Notes: generated by a model from the letters alone, not told the origin. Positions 34,985-57,200 are shown, counted from the first letter of the stretch. The stretch: 64,000 bases of DNA from Callorhinchus milii (GCF_018977255.1 NW_024704769.1:1736001-1800000), one strand, 5' to 3'. A program made the numbers and translations.

Positions 34985-35550
34985 CCCCGCCCCATGCTCA
35001 TCAGTTGCCCAATCACAGTGTGGGGGGCGGGGTTGTAGCGGGCTATCCCTGAGATGATTGGTTGACTGGGCTGTCGATCAAGCCTGCAGGCCAGATTTGA
35101 CGGACAGCAAAGCCAGCCAATCAGCTTATGGTATCGTCCTCACCCGCCCTGCTAGGCTCGCTACGATTGGGTAACCGATGAGTAGGGGCGGGTCCCACGG
35201 TTCCCCCCTCGTCAACTGACCAGATTTGATTGACAGGCGAGCGAACCAATCATCTCGGAGTATCGCCCACGCCCCCCCCTCGGGTCCGGCAGACGCGCTA
35301 TGATTGGGTGAGCGCCGAGCGGGGGCGGGTCCCCTCGCGCGCGGCTCGTCACCAACCGCCCCGCCCGCTTTGACTGACAGCTCCGCCAGCCAGTCAGCGC
35401 TCGCTGCCGCCCGCCGGGCGCGCCGCGATTGGCCGAAGCGAAGGGGCGGGATGCCAGCTGGTGGGCGCGCAGGCGCAGAAGCCACAAGCCCGGGGTCGGA
35501 CAGGCGAGGCGGGGCGGGCGGGCGAGCGAGCGAGTGAGTGAGTGAGCAAG
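34985..35550 (+). promoter_or_regulatory. ACTR1B: ACTR1B CpG-island promoter with seven CCAAT boxes, GC boxes and an NRF1-like motif
   Basis: CCAAT/ATTGG at 35009, 35057, 35117, 35166, 35246, 35303 and 35428; GCGCAGGCGCA at 35467-35477; high CpG density. Confidence 0.7.
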
Positions 35551-44605
<9,055 letters not shown>

Positions 44606-45958
44606 CAGCAGCAGCTCCTGACCTGTACCTGTCTGTGTTCTCCTGTGTGTGAGCCTCGCTCTCTCTGTACGACCCCCGGAATCATGCAGGAACGAACAAC
44701 GGACAAACAAAAAAAAAAATCTCGAGCGTCAGATCGAAACGAGGTTTTCGGACGGGGGGGTTGGGGGAGTGGGGAGGGGAGTGGGTTTGTGAGACCCCAA
44801 TCTCCTCCCTTCACTTCCTGCGCCCGTGTGTCTGTGTGTATATTGGAATCTACCTTTTTATTTAATTGCTGTACAAATGTTTGGAGATGTTCGAAAGGCC
44901 CAGGATCCGAACTCCCTCTCGTCTGTGGCGGAAAGGTCGTGGGGTTTTTTTTTGAACAAAAAGGAAGAAAAGCAACGGATGGGGGGGGTGGGGGGGGTGG
45001 GGAGGGAAGCAAAGGTTTTTTTTTTGCACGGCTAATGTATTGCTGTTGCCGCTCGCTGCCTCTCTCTGTGTGTGTGTCTGGCTAAACCCCGCCAGGTCCC
45101 TGAAGGAGAGGGAGAGACAGAGAGAGAAAGGGTGAGTACTGCAGCCAGGCTGCTGTGTAAATTCGTGTGTTTGGTGCCTATTTAGCACGAGCCGTTACCT
45201 TGCGGCTTAAACCCAAACCGGCTGCTTAAACAGAATGTGCTGCGATCGTATAATTGACGGCGAGGGGTGCGTCTGCGTCTGTGTGCGTGCACGCGCGCGT
45301 GCCTGACACGCAGTTGGTTAAGTTCGAGACAAGTAATGGAATCATTGCTGAATGAATTATTGTATATAAATGTGCTTGCGGTTGATTTTCCAGTGCTATT
45401 TGTTTGTTAAGAAGAATTATAACAACGCCCCTCCGCCCCCTTCCCCCACCCCGAAAAATAATGATAATCCTTGCATTTAACATTGCGCCTTATCGCCACG
45501 TCCAGACATCGCTCAAAGCACTTCACAGGATACACTGTAAAGTGAATTGACTGGGCGAAAAGCGGCAGCCAATTTATTAGATATTAAAAATAATATTTTC
45601 ACCCGCCCCCTCTGATCGACTGCGAGTGGGATCGTTTGTAAGTTCCCCCTCCCTCTACCGAGATAGTCTTATGCTGGCTGGATCCACATGTTCCGTTTGT
45701 CCCTCCGTTCGGGAACCTTATCTGTTCCTGAAAAAAAAAGAAACCGACTCGAAACTTTAAGGCGTAAAAGATTAAAAATTAAAGAATTTTAAGAATTTCC
45801 CCGTAATTTTCGATTGGGAAAACTGACTCACAGCCGAAGACTTGGGGAGAATTTCAGGCCTTGGTTTAAGACTAATTCGGTGGCTAAAAGTGAAGCTTAG
45901 TGCTCGCCCCGGACACCAGTGCTCTGTCCCGCTTACCGCTGCTCAACTGGTTTAAAGT

Positions 45959-46143
45959 CAGAGTGGGAGGTCCAACCATTTTGGCCGCTGAGGGCCGGAT
46001 GCTCAGTTTGAGAAACGTCCACAGGCCAAATAAGCGATATTTGTGCGTTTCCCTTCCAGAAACGTAACCCGATAACACTTACGAGTTATGGAGGGAGCGG
46101 GTGGGCCGGATGTGGCCCGCGGGCCGTCAGTTGGACCCTCCTG
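45959..46143. mobile_element. hAT-like MITE
   Basis: Left end GGGAGGTCCAACC...GAGGGCCGGAT, right end GGGCCGGATGTGGCCCGCGGGCCGTCAGTTGGACCCTCCTG; the imperfect TIR resembles hAT CAGGGGTGTCCAAC ends. Confidence 0.55.
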
Positions 46144-46371
46144 GTTCAAGTAAGCGAGACTGGGGGCAGAGAGAACGCTAGCTCGGCTAATCAGCTTAAC
46201 AGGGGAAATGTTTCTGTAAGTTTGTCTCTGTAAGTTTGTTTGGGGCTAAAATATTGAGGTCTTAATCATTTCTAAGCAGACAGTAGCTGTTGGGATAGTG
46301 AGCCCCTTCCAAAATTCCCTTCCTCACGGCGAGAGGCGAGGAGACTGCTGTCTCTCTCCCCTCAAAATATA

Positions 46372-46925
46372 CAGCGTGTCCACAAAGTCCTGTTACTCCC
46401 CCCCACATTACAAAACGGTTCTACAACAGAGCAGCTGAAACAAGGCGTTAAGACACACTTTTTGCCCTCTCCCATCCACGTTACAGAAGATGTAGCACCA
46501 CACGTGGCAACGGATCCGTTATCTGCCATGAAAATAATAATCATCGTTGCATTCCATCTCGCGTCTTCGAGACGTCTCAAGCACTTCGCAGAGTATACTT
46601 TAAAGTGAATTGACTGGGTATTTTTTTGTGGGCAGAATTGCGCACAGCGACGTCCCCACAAACAGTCGTGGATTGAAGTGACCAAATTATTATTTTTTTT
46701 AACTTATTGTTTTGGAAGGGATTATTTTATTTAAGTAAGAGGGCGCGCACGCACACACACACATATTGATTCCCCCGGACGTCTAATACAGTTAAAATAC
46801 TTGTACTGAATAGAATACAATGATGTACTGCTAAATACAATTATCATCATTCTTGCACGTTTCAGTTGTTGGTCGGTGCATTGTAGAGAGCAAAAAAACG
46901 TGGGGGAAACTTTGTGAACAGCCTA
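46372..46925. mobile_element. Tc1/mariner-like MITE with a nested SINE
   Basis: TA|CAGCGTGTCCACAAAGTCC at the left and an inverted degenerate copy at the right. Single arms lie at 9479-9570 and 42649-42800. Confidence 0.5.
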
Positions 46926-47531
46926 TATGGTTCCGATAATCCTTGCATTTGACGTAGCGCCTTATCAAGGACGTCTCAAAGGCTTCACAGAATATACTGT
47001 AAAGTGGATCGGCTGTATTTTGTGGGCGGAACGCGGCAGACAGTTTCGCACAGCAGCGTCCTCCGCAAACAGCCGTGGATTGAGTGACCAAATCCGGTCG
47101 CGTCATTGGCATGTAGACAGCCTTGAGCTCGGAGGAGAAAGACCAGTGTCTAAGGTCTGCAGGGAATTGGTTTGGCTTCGTGGCGAGACAGGCAACTGAA
47201 TTTACACTCGACTACAATTCTGACCGAAACTGAATCGAGAATAAATATAATCCTTACGTTTGATGCCTCTTTTGCAAATCTGACTCACAATCCTTTCACC
47301 ACCAGCTCTCGAGCAGCCACTTTTTTTAATCGGGGTTGAGGTACAGATCAGCCAAGATCTGATAGAATGGCGGAACAGGCTCGAGGGGCTGAATGGCCTC
47401 CTCCTGTTCTTACGACACCTCAAAAGGGGACTTTATAGAGGTACCTAAACCAGGACAGAAAGCGCGAGAGAGAGGGGGTGGTGGGGGGGGGGGAGGTTAC
47501 GAGAAAACACAACACATTGAAACCAAACCAA

Positions 47532-47537
47532 TTTATT
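47532..47537 (-). terminator. Candidate KANSL3 polyadenylation signal
   Basis: AATAAA on - about 150 nt after the predicted stop. Confidence 0.45.
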
Positions 47538-47684
47538 ACAATTGCCACATGGAACCGAAACGGTGGGAGAAAATGAATGAAGCGAACGCTATAAAAATAA
47601 GCAGTGTTTTGTGTCAACGTGAGGCGTTTTGTTTTATATACAAGTCTTATTCCCACCCTTGTCGGGAGCCGGGCGGAGGAGGCT

Positions 47685-48268
47685 TTAGTGAGGCGGCCCC
47701 AGTCGTTTGAGTCTGACGGAAGCGAGTGCGGGGCTGTGGGTGGGGGGGAAAGCCAATGAAGGGGCCCCGGTTGGAGTTGGGTTGGAGGCGAGAGAACAGG
47801 GCGTCGAACCGGGGTTGGCACAGGGAGGAGTCTCTGTGGTGTGAATAATGGTGCTTCCTTCGTCCATCACCGATGGCATCTTGCCCAGGGTCTCCACCGA
47901 GCTGCTCGCCGCGGCCGAGATCTTGTTCGGCGCGGCGCTGACGGGCACCAGCGTGTCTCCCGGCCCCCCGAGGTTCCCCTCGCTCTTCGTCGGGGTCGGG
48001 GGTGCGGGTGGCGGGGCGGAGGCGAGGAGGACGGTCTTGGAGTTGTTCTGAAGGAGGGGGCCCACTTTGGAGAGCACGACTGCACAGGGGGAGCTGGGAG
48101 CGTTGGTCAGGGCTGGCGATGTGAAGGTAAGCGCTGCACTGGCTGTGCTGAATCCTGGCCGGGAACACAGGGAGGAGGGATCCAGGCTGCCCACGATGGA
48201 CTTGGTGAGGGCGCACATCTTGGCGTCAGACATCACGTACAGAGTTTTCGTGGGGCTTGTGGTCGTCA
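47685..48268 (-). CDS. KANSL3: KANSL3 terminal exon (predicted extension)
   Basis: ttttccctttgcag|TG ACG...CAC TAA; 194 open codons in unique, non-repeat sequence. Confidence 0.72.
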
Positions 48269-51200
48269 CTGCAAAGGGAAAAGAGAACAATCCTGATCAA
48301 TCCTTCCACTTGATGCAGGGCTTCATCACGTCGCCGAGACGTCTCAAAGCGCTTCGCGGGAATACGCTGTAAAGTGGATCCGCCGTATATTTTGCGGGCG
48401 GCCGATTGCTCCCCAGCGACGTCCCCGCAACGGTCGTGGATTGAGTGACCAAATTATTATTATTATTATTATTTTATTAACAAATTGGAGTCGTGGTTTG
48501 ACCATCCCTCAGTGACTGTGGGTGAGAGTGTCTCAGAGGGAACAGGAAGAGGCCATTCAGTCCCTCGAGCCTGTTCCGCTATACGATCAGATAAATGGCT
48601 GATCTGCGCATCAATTACCCGCCTTTGTTCCATATCCCTTTGATTCCCCTCGGAGTAACAGTGCCACTGACAGAGGCCTCACCTACAGGTGTGGATGTGG
48701 GCTGGACACTGGAAGCCTTTTCTGCTGGAGGGGTCTCTATCACGCTGTGGCCTTTGCTCAAGTCCATCTGTGTGAGCAGTTTGGTGGTGGCTTGGGAGGT
48801 GGTAACCAGACCTGGGATGTCACGGAGCTACAGGGAGGGAGAGAAGAAAACATCAGAAACATCCCAGAGCTGGGAAATAATAATCCTTGCATTTGATGTA
48901 GCGCCTTATCACGTCGTCGGAGCTGAACTGGCTCCAAGGCCACATGTCGGAATCGAGCCAGCCCTCTCTGTGCCGGTCTCGGGTCTCGAGCCCCCGGTTT
49001 CTGAGCCGGGAGGGGCCGCAGTGTCCCAGGGCACTCACTGCTGATGGCAGCACAGCCCGGCCTGACTCATCGGCAGGACCTGGAAGGGCCAACCGGTCTC
49101 TGGGGGCCGGGAATCCTCCCCCTCAGCTCCTGTTAATCCCACAGCCAAAGCCCTAACTAACTAACCAACGGGGAGGGGGGTCCGAGCCGGACAAGCAGTG
49201 GGAAAGCTCAGCCAAACAGCGACATCAATGGCATTTGTTAGGTCAGGGTATCAAGGCATATGGGGCAAAGATGCGTAATTGGACTTGAGGTACAGGTCAG
49301 CCATGATGTAAAAGAACAGGCTCGAGGGGCTGAATGGCCTCCTCCTGTGCCTACGACAGACAACAACAACAAACAACAAAATCACATTTGTATAGCCAAC
49401 CTACCTGCTGACTCTGCCCCTTAGTGTTGTGTTCGGCTGCCCCCGGCTTCCCCCCGGGGCTGGGCATGGTGTGGCAGAGGCTGGGCGTGGGGCTGGGGAT
49501 GGGCGGCTGGCAAAGGGCAGCCATGTGGCCTGGTTGGCTCCTCAGCGTCACTGTGATGGCTGTTGGCGGCTTCACAACTGCAGAGCGATTACCGTTAGAG
49601 CGCCACAAATGGGGGAATTATTATAACAATAGATTATAGTTACATTAATCCTCGCATTTGATACGGCTTTGCCTTATCACGTCTTCCAGACGCCTCAAAG
49701 CGCTTCGTAGGATACACCGTAAAGGGTAGTGACTGTGTATTTTGCGGGGCGAAACGCGGCAGCGAATTGCGCACAGCAGCGTCCCCACAAACAGCCGTGA
49801 AGCGAGCGACCAATTTTATCTGGGGGATTGTCAGCCAGGACACCAGGAGAGAGAGAGAGAGATACTCTTCTTTTTGAATAGCATCGCAGGATCTTTAACT
49901 TCCACCTGAAGGTCGTAATCTGTGGCTGCGTTTCTCGTGCTGCAGCGCAATGGTAATTATTAATAAGAATTAATAATAATTGTATAATCTGTAGCCGTAC
50001 CTGCCGGGCCGGAGATGTTATTGGTGAGCTTGGCCAGGCCGCCGTTGGCCAGTAGTTGGTGCACGGCTGTGTGTTTGCCGCTCAGCAACCCCGCTGTGGT
50101 CGAGAGGTTCACTGTTCGAGATGCGGTGCTGGGCGTCATGGTGCTGACAGCCAACGTGTGTAATGCTACGGTGCTCTTCACCACGCTGCACTGCTGGGGA
50201 ACAGAACCACACAACAACAACAGTACTAACGCTAATCCTTGACTTTGATAGAGGGCTTATCACGTCGTTGAGGCGTCTCGAGGCGATTTCGTCAATTGAC
50301 GAACAACCGGGTTCTTACTGACTGCTGGTAAACAGAGGCGTGTGTGTGTGTTTGAGGAAACTTGCTTAAGCAAGGTTTCCCCCTGACCTGACCCACCCGG
50401 GAATTGAACCCGGGTACTCTCGCTCGCGAGTGCTCTCAACCCTGAGCTACAGGACTCGACCTCAAATCTAACAGGAGGATGAGGCGGGAGTGAAACGCAG
50501 AGTCAGGTCCATGGCTTTGTTCTGTGGCTGTAAATTGCTGTTCTGTAAACTGATCGCATTCACTCCTTAATTATTCATTCATTTATTCTCAACTAATCAA
50601 TCGGCGGACAGGCCTTCAGCCTTTCTGCCCCCACCCTTTGTAACACCATCCCAGTTCCCTTTGTCTCGCCCCCCCCCCCCCCCCACTCCCTCGTCTCCTT
50701 CAAGGCCAGTCTCAAAAGCCTCCCCTTCGACCGTGTCTTCGGCCACTCACCCCTACCCTCCCTGCCCTCCACCCTCCCTGATCACCTGCATGAGTTGTAG
50801 TTGTTGTTTGTACTTTACCTGAGTGGGGCTGTGGGTCACTGACCCCGAGGACAAGCTGGGGGCTTTGGTCCCAATCTCCTGGAGGCTGAAACTCAATCCC
50901 TGGAGCAGGCTGCTGGCGGAAGGAGTTCCTGAGGGCAAAACACACCATCACACACGTCAGCCTCAAGTGTCAGCGTTCTCCTCGCTGGCTCAAGAGTGTG
51001 TCGCTTCAAGTGTCACATTGGGACTCTTGAGCTGATACTCTAGGCTGAAGCTCCAGGGCCGTTGCTGGGGGACGGGGAGGGTTGCAATGTCAGAGGTGAT
51101 GCCCTTCAGGTGACATATTAAATCGGGATTCGGTCGTCTCGAGAGTCTGTGGGTGTGGGTATGAGTCTGTGTGTGTGTGAGTCTGTGTGTGTGTGAGTGT

Positions 51201-54200
51201 GTAAGTAAGAGTGAGTGTGAGAGCGTGAGTGTTTGTGTGTGCGAGAGTGAGTGTGTGTGAGTGTGTGAGGGTGAGTGTGAGTGTGTGAGAGTGAGTATGT
51301 GAGAGTGAGTGTGTGAGAGAGTGCGAGGGCCGGACCTAGTGAGATGAGACGTACCTGAGGAGATGCCTGAGCTGCAGTGAGACTGTGTGGCTGGGCTGGA
51401 GGTGGAGGTCAATCGTGCCTGGATGCTGTGGAAGGCGGAGGCAGTGTGGCCACTGGTCAGGACACTGGGGGTGAGAGAGGTCGTGTCCGGGGGTCCAGCA
51501 GGCGAGGATCTGAGTGTGGGGGGGGTCGGCGGATAGACAATCAGTGAGTGAGAGAACGTAATCACCCTCTAAATACCCCCCCGCCCGCTCTCCTCCCATT
51601 CTCCCCCCACTGGTCAAGCTCTTTTGCACTGATAATAATAATCCATGCATTTAATATGGTGTTGTAGCTGAGACGTCTCAAAGCGCTTCACAGGATATAC
51701 AGTAAAGTGTAATGACTGTGTGTTTTGTGGGCGAAACGCGGCAGCCAATTGCGCACAGCAGCGTCCCCCACAAACAGCCGTGGTTTGAGTGCCCACTTTA
51801 TTTTTTTTAAGGGGTTATTAGCCTCGGAAAGCGATCCGGCAATCGACTAACGACCGGGTCACACTCACCTCTGCCCTGTGAGAAGGCCTGTGAGCTCCTT
51901 TGTGCCGGATCCAGACTGACTCATCGACAGGGCCATCGGCTTCCCAACAACACCTGCCAGCACAGAGGCCAACCATTAGATACACGCACACATTCACACG
52001 CACAGCCATTCCAATCAACTAGAGAATAGAGAGGTGTAGGAGAGGGGAATAGAGCGGTGTGGGAGAGGGGGATCGAGGGCTGTGGGAGAGGGGGAATAGA
52101 GGGGTGTGAGAAAGGGGGACTAGAGGGGTGTGGGAGAGGGGGAATAGAGGGGTGTGGGAGAGGAGGAATAGAGGGGTGTGGGAGAGGGGGAATTGAGGGG
52201 TGTACTATAGATGACTGGTGTGCACAGTTTTGTGCGACAGACGTACCATCTTTTGAGCCAGTGAAGGGCTGAGCAGGGGAGGCACCCTCCCCATGGGAGA
52301 GGATGGTGACTTTGATCTTCGCCCTCTTGGCAGCTTTGGCCCCCAGCTGGTTGGGGCTCTCAGCCTGTCGTCTCTTCAACAGGTTTTTAACGTCCTCTTT
52401 CTCTGCCAGGTCCTGCTGCTCCGAGGACACGGGGACTACGGGAGTGAGAGAGAGAGTGTGAGAGCGTGTGAGAGAGATAGAGTGAGCGAGTGAGTGTGAA
52501 AGTGAGTGGGAGAGTGAGAGAAAGAGAGACAGAGAGTGAGAGAGACAAGAGAGTCTCGCTCAACATTTCCCACTGCACGGAAGTCGAACCCAGGTCTCTC
52601 GCTTGCGAGGCGAGCGCTCTAACCACTGAGCTACAGGACTTTGTGGTTGTTGTTGACGGGATTATTACCCCCGGAAAAGCCACCCGCCAATCGACTAACA
52701 ACCGGGTTCCTACTGACTGCTGGTAAACAGAGGCGCGCGCGCGCGTGTGTGTGTGTGTGTGTGTGGATTAAAGAAACTTTCTTCAGGTTTCACCCGCCCG
52801 GAAATCGAACCCAGGGCCTCTCACTTGGGAGGCGAGAGCTCTAGCGACTGAGCCGGGCTGAGAGCTGGGGGCTGGGATATTTCACAAGCAAGGCGAGGAC
52901 TTGTGCTTTACAGCCACCGCCCCGCTCCCACCACTGGCTCGGAGTCAGGCTCCGCCACTGTTAAGCGCTCCGAGACGCTACCCTGCGTGGAGGGCGCTTT
53001 GTAAGTGCAAGTTGTTGTTGTTGAGGGCGTGTCTGCACAGCGAGATGTACTCACCAAATACGCAGGAGGAGCTGGCTGGGGGCAGAGACTTTGTCACCAA
53101 CATGTTCTGCTTCAGGAAAGCAGCGAACTGAGCTGGAGGGAAACACACGGGTTTGGCACACAGCAAACTCCACATTGTATAGGAGCAGGAGGAGGCCATT
53201 CAGCCCCCCGAGCCTGTTCCAGCCGACAACTTTCAAACTACCCACACGTTCGTACAGTCGAATGGCAGCCACCTGTACTGTATTCTACATGCTGTGAAGT
53301 GTAGTGACTGCGTATTTCGTGGGCGAAACTCGGCAGACAACTGTGCCCGGCAGTGGATGGATTTAGTGACCGTATTTTTGAGTGCGCGCTCGAGTGTGTG
53401 TATGTGTGTGTGTGTGTGGGGGGGGTGGGGTGGGAGGGAATTAGTGAGGGGGCGCTCTGTAAATGCAAGTTGTCGTGGCTGTTGCTGAGGTTACCTTGTG
53501 CCTGTTTCTGGGTCAGCACGGTGCCCGTCCTCTGCATGTGCTGCTTGAGGATGTGGGTGAAGTGTGCGGAGAGGCTGGGTGACTGGCTGGCTGCCGTGGC
53601 CGACGCTGTGATCAGACTGGCCTTCTGGGCGGGAGACAGCGAGGAGGGCTTGGTCTTGGGGCTGGAGTTGGGGCTGCTCGACACGCTCGAGGTATCCTGC
53701 CGGCGACATTTTCTTTTACAAAACCATTTGTTTTTATTTGCCCGGCCGGGTGTCTGACCCGCGCGAGGAAACCCATCGCCGTGCTTTTAATCGTCTCCAA
53801 ACCCAACCGAGAATTCCCTGCCTCGAATCTGCACGTGGGAATCCCAGAGATAAGATTGTTGGAATGGAATGCGCTCTCTCTCTCTCTCCCTGGAGGGAGG
53901 CATCCTACGTACCTAATTCCGGAGAGTATCAGGCGCAGGTTGGCGAGGGGGGAGCCCAGAGTGTGTGTTGGGGTAACTGCTGGAGTCTGACCAGCTAAAC
54001 CCACACACAGCTCCGGCCATTGAGGGCGCTGTCTGGCCGAGCTTTCCCGCTGCTTGTCCAGCTCGGACCCCCCTCCCCGTTAGGGTTTTGGTTTACAGGG
54101 TTAATCATCATTAATTAACCAATAAAAAGAGTGAAGTTTCCTTACATAAGTGGGGTATAAATGGCGCATTGTCCAGAACCCAGATCCTCCCACCACCCAC

Positions 54201-57200
54201 CCTTACCCCTCCCTCCTGTTCATTCCTTACAACCCCCACCCCCCCACCCCCACACCACTTACCTCGGAGCCGGAAGGCGAGGCGGACACTCTGCTGAAGG
54301 GGGAAGCGGGTCGGTTGCTCCGCTCGGGCAGCTCGAAGGTTAAGTCTCTCCGCGTGTCCCGGGCTTTCCTTTTCTTCTCCGCGTCCAGGTCTTTGGGGTC
54401 GGAGCCGGCCTGAGCCTCCGACTTGGTGAGAACTCCCGTCAGGAAATCCCCAATCTCGTCCTGCGTGGGGAACACCCTTTAGCATTTGACCCCAATCTAT
54501 TTCCGATGACCTACCGAGGCTCTGGGGCACAGTACGAGATATTCTACCCAGCCCTTCACGTGCAAACGTTCAAGCCTTTGAGCAAGTTTTACAGCTCACA
54601 TTGATCGTGTGGCGTATTGGTCTTATTTTGATGTTTTATCCTCGTCTCATGGACAACAATAATCCTATTTGAGGGTAATGATCCAACAACAATAACAACT
54701 TGCACTCATATAACAACTTCTATGGCGTTCTGTTGAAAAAGGGGGAGGCGGAGGGATTGAGGGAGAGTGTTCCAGACTTTCGGGGCTTGGTGGCTGAAAG
54801 CGAGTTTTAGGGCGCAATCCCTTCAACGACAACAACAAAAATAATAATAATAATGTAATCACTGGAACCACGGCTGTTTGTGGGGGACGCTGCTGCGCGC
54901 AATTGGCTGCCGTGTTTCGCCCACAAAATACCCAATCGGTTCACTTGACAGTGGATTCCATGAAGCGCTTTGAGACGTCTCGAAGAGGTAATAAGGCGCT
55001 ATATTATTGTTGTTTTATCACACGAGCAGCTCCTCACACACACCTGGATGCAGCGATCTACCATGCTCTGGGTCAGGCCCTCTGTTTTTTTCTTAGCTTT
55101 GCTGATCCTGCAGTAAAAAGCCCATCAGCACAACATCATAATGGGAGTTAAAGAGAGAGCGAAAGAGAGAGAGATAAAGCACTGAGAGAGCGAGAGAGAT
55201 AGAGTTACACAGGGAGAGAGAGATTGAGTTACACAGGGAGAGAGAGATAGAGTTACTGCAGAGAGAGTTCCAGCACATACAAACCCTCATACACACACTC
55301 ACACAGAGAGATACAGCACACACATGCAGTCACAGAGAGATACAGCGCACGCGCACAGTCAGAGATACAGCACACACATGTGCGCAGTCAGTTACAGCAC
55401 GCACACACACGCAGTCACAGAGTTACAGCACACAAATGTGCGCAGTTAGAGAGAGATACAGCACACACATGTGCGCAGTCACAGGGTTACAGCACACACA
55501 CACGGACCCAGTCCCACAGATACAGCACACACACACACACGCGCGTGCAGTCAGAGATACAGCGCACGCACGCACGCACACACACACACGTGCAGTCCCA
55601 GAGATACAGCACACACACATAGAGTTACGGCCACAGTGAGTGTCAGACCCACCTGAGGTTGTCGTCCCCGCCCCCCACGATCACCATGCTGTTCTCGGCC
55701 CGGATCCTCTCCCTGAAATCCTCCATCCCGTCCACACTGCACTGCACCGCGTGCTGACCGACCACAAACAGCACCGGGGTCTTCATATCCAGCAACGGGT
55801 CGTCCACATCCTGGGGTCAACACACACCCACACGGTGAGCTGACGAGCCCAGTGCTCGGAGCACTAATTCATTCATTCATTAATGGACCCGTATTCACAC
55901 ACTCCGTCCCCCCATCACCCCAGCCCTCGCCAGCCCCCACTGGCTCCCCATTACCCCCACTAACCCCCGTTCCCCCCATCACCCCGGCCCTCGCCAGCCC
56001 CCACTGGCTCCCCATCACACACACTAACCCCCGTCCCCCCATCACCCCAGCCCTCGCCAGCCCCCACTGGCTCCCCTCACACACACTGACCCCCGTCCCC
56101 CCATCACCCCAGCCCTCGCCAGCCCCCACTGGCTCCCCGTCACACACACTGACCCCCGTCCCCCCATCACCCCGACCCTCGCCAGCCCCCACTGGCTCCC
56201 CGTCACTGAATGGATCGATTTCAAGTTCCTCTCAACACTCGTCTTCAAATCCCTTCACTCCTCGACACCTCCCGACCTCTCCCACCTGCTCACCCCCCAA
56301 CCCACTACCTACTGCCTCCGTTCGACCGGCTCCGGCCTCCTGCTCGTCCCCCGCTTCGCCCCGAATGTCTGTCACTCTCTTTCCTCTATCCCCCCGCCTC
56401 GTCCCCTTCCTTCCCCATCTTCAGGTCGCGCCTGAAGACCTTCCTCTTGGACCAGTGCCTAGGGTCACCTCCCCCCCGGCTCGGTGTCGCGCTCCGTCAG
56501 TGTCAAGCGCTCTGGGTCGCTGCCCTGCGCGAGGGGGCGCTGTATAAAAATGCAAGCTGCCGCTGTTGTTGTTGTTGTTCTGCCCAACGTTCATCCATTA
56601 TTACACAGCTGTCACTTACCCCTCTCGGCCCTTCCGTGGTGAACAGAGGGAACCCGAGACACACCACGGCCGACACGAACTCCATCACAGAGACCTGCGG
56701 GCAAACAGTGTGATAACATACACTGCATCTTTACTGACATTGTACAGTAACGGGGAAAGAGACAAGACTGCCCCTCACCCACCCACAGCCCCACCCACCT
56801 ACAGCCCCACCCACAGCCCCACCCACCACCCTGCCCCCACCCGCAGCCCCGCCCTCACCCACCCACAGCCCCACCCACCACCCTGCCCCCACCCTTCAGC
56901 CCCGCCCTCACCCACAGACCACCCACAGCCCCACCCTCACCCACCCACAGCCCCACCCTCAGCCACCTACAGCCCCACCCACCTACAGTCCCACCCACCC
57001 ACAGCCCCACCCACCCACAGCCAAACCCACCACCCTGCCCCCACCCGCAGCCCCGCCCTCACCCAGACCACCCACCCACAGCCCCGCCCTCACCCACCCA
57101 CAGCCCCACCCTCACCCACCCACAGTCCCACCCTCACCCACAGCCCCACCCTCATCACCCACAGCCCCACCCTCACCCACCTACAGCCCCACCCACCTAC

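Noticed and set aside
44606-47684. Overlapping 3' UTRs of ACTR1B and KANSL3
   Set aside because: KANSL3 has AATAAA at 47532-47537 and ACTR1B has ATTAAA candidates at 45583 and 45771, so no overlap is required.
54100-54112. piggyBac-type MITE suggested by CAGGG-TTAA ends
   Set aside because: In the copies at 21950, 41043 and 49133 homology continues past the TTAA, so it is internal; no matching second TIR was found.
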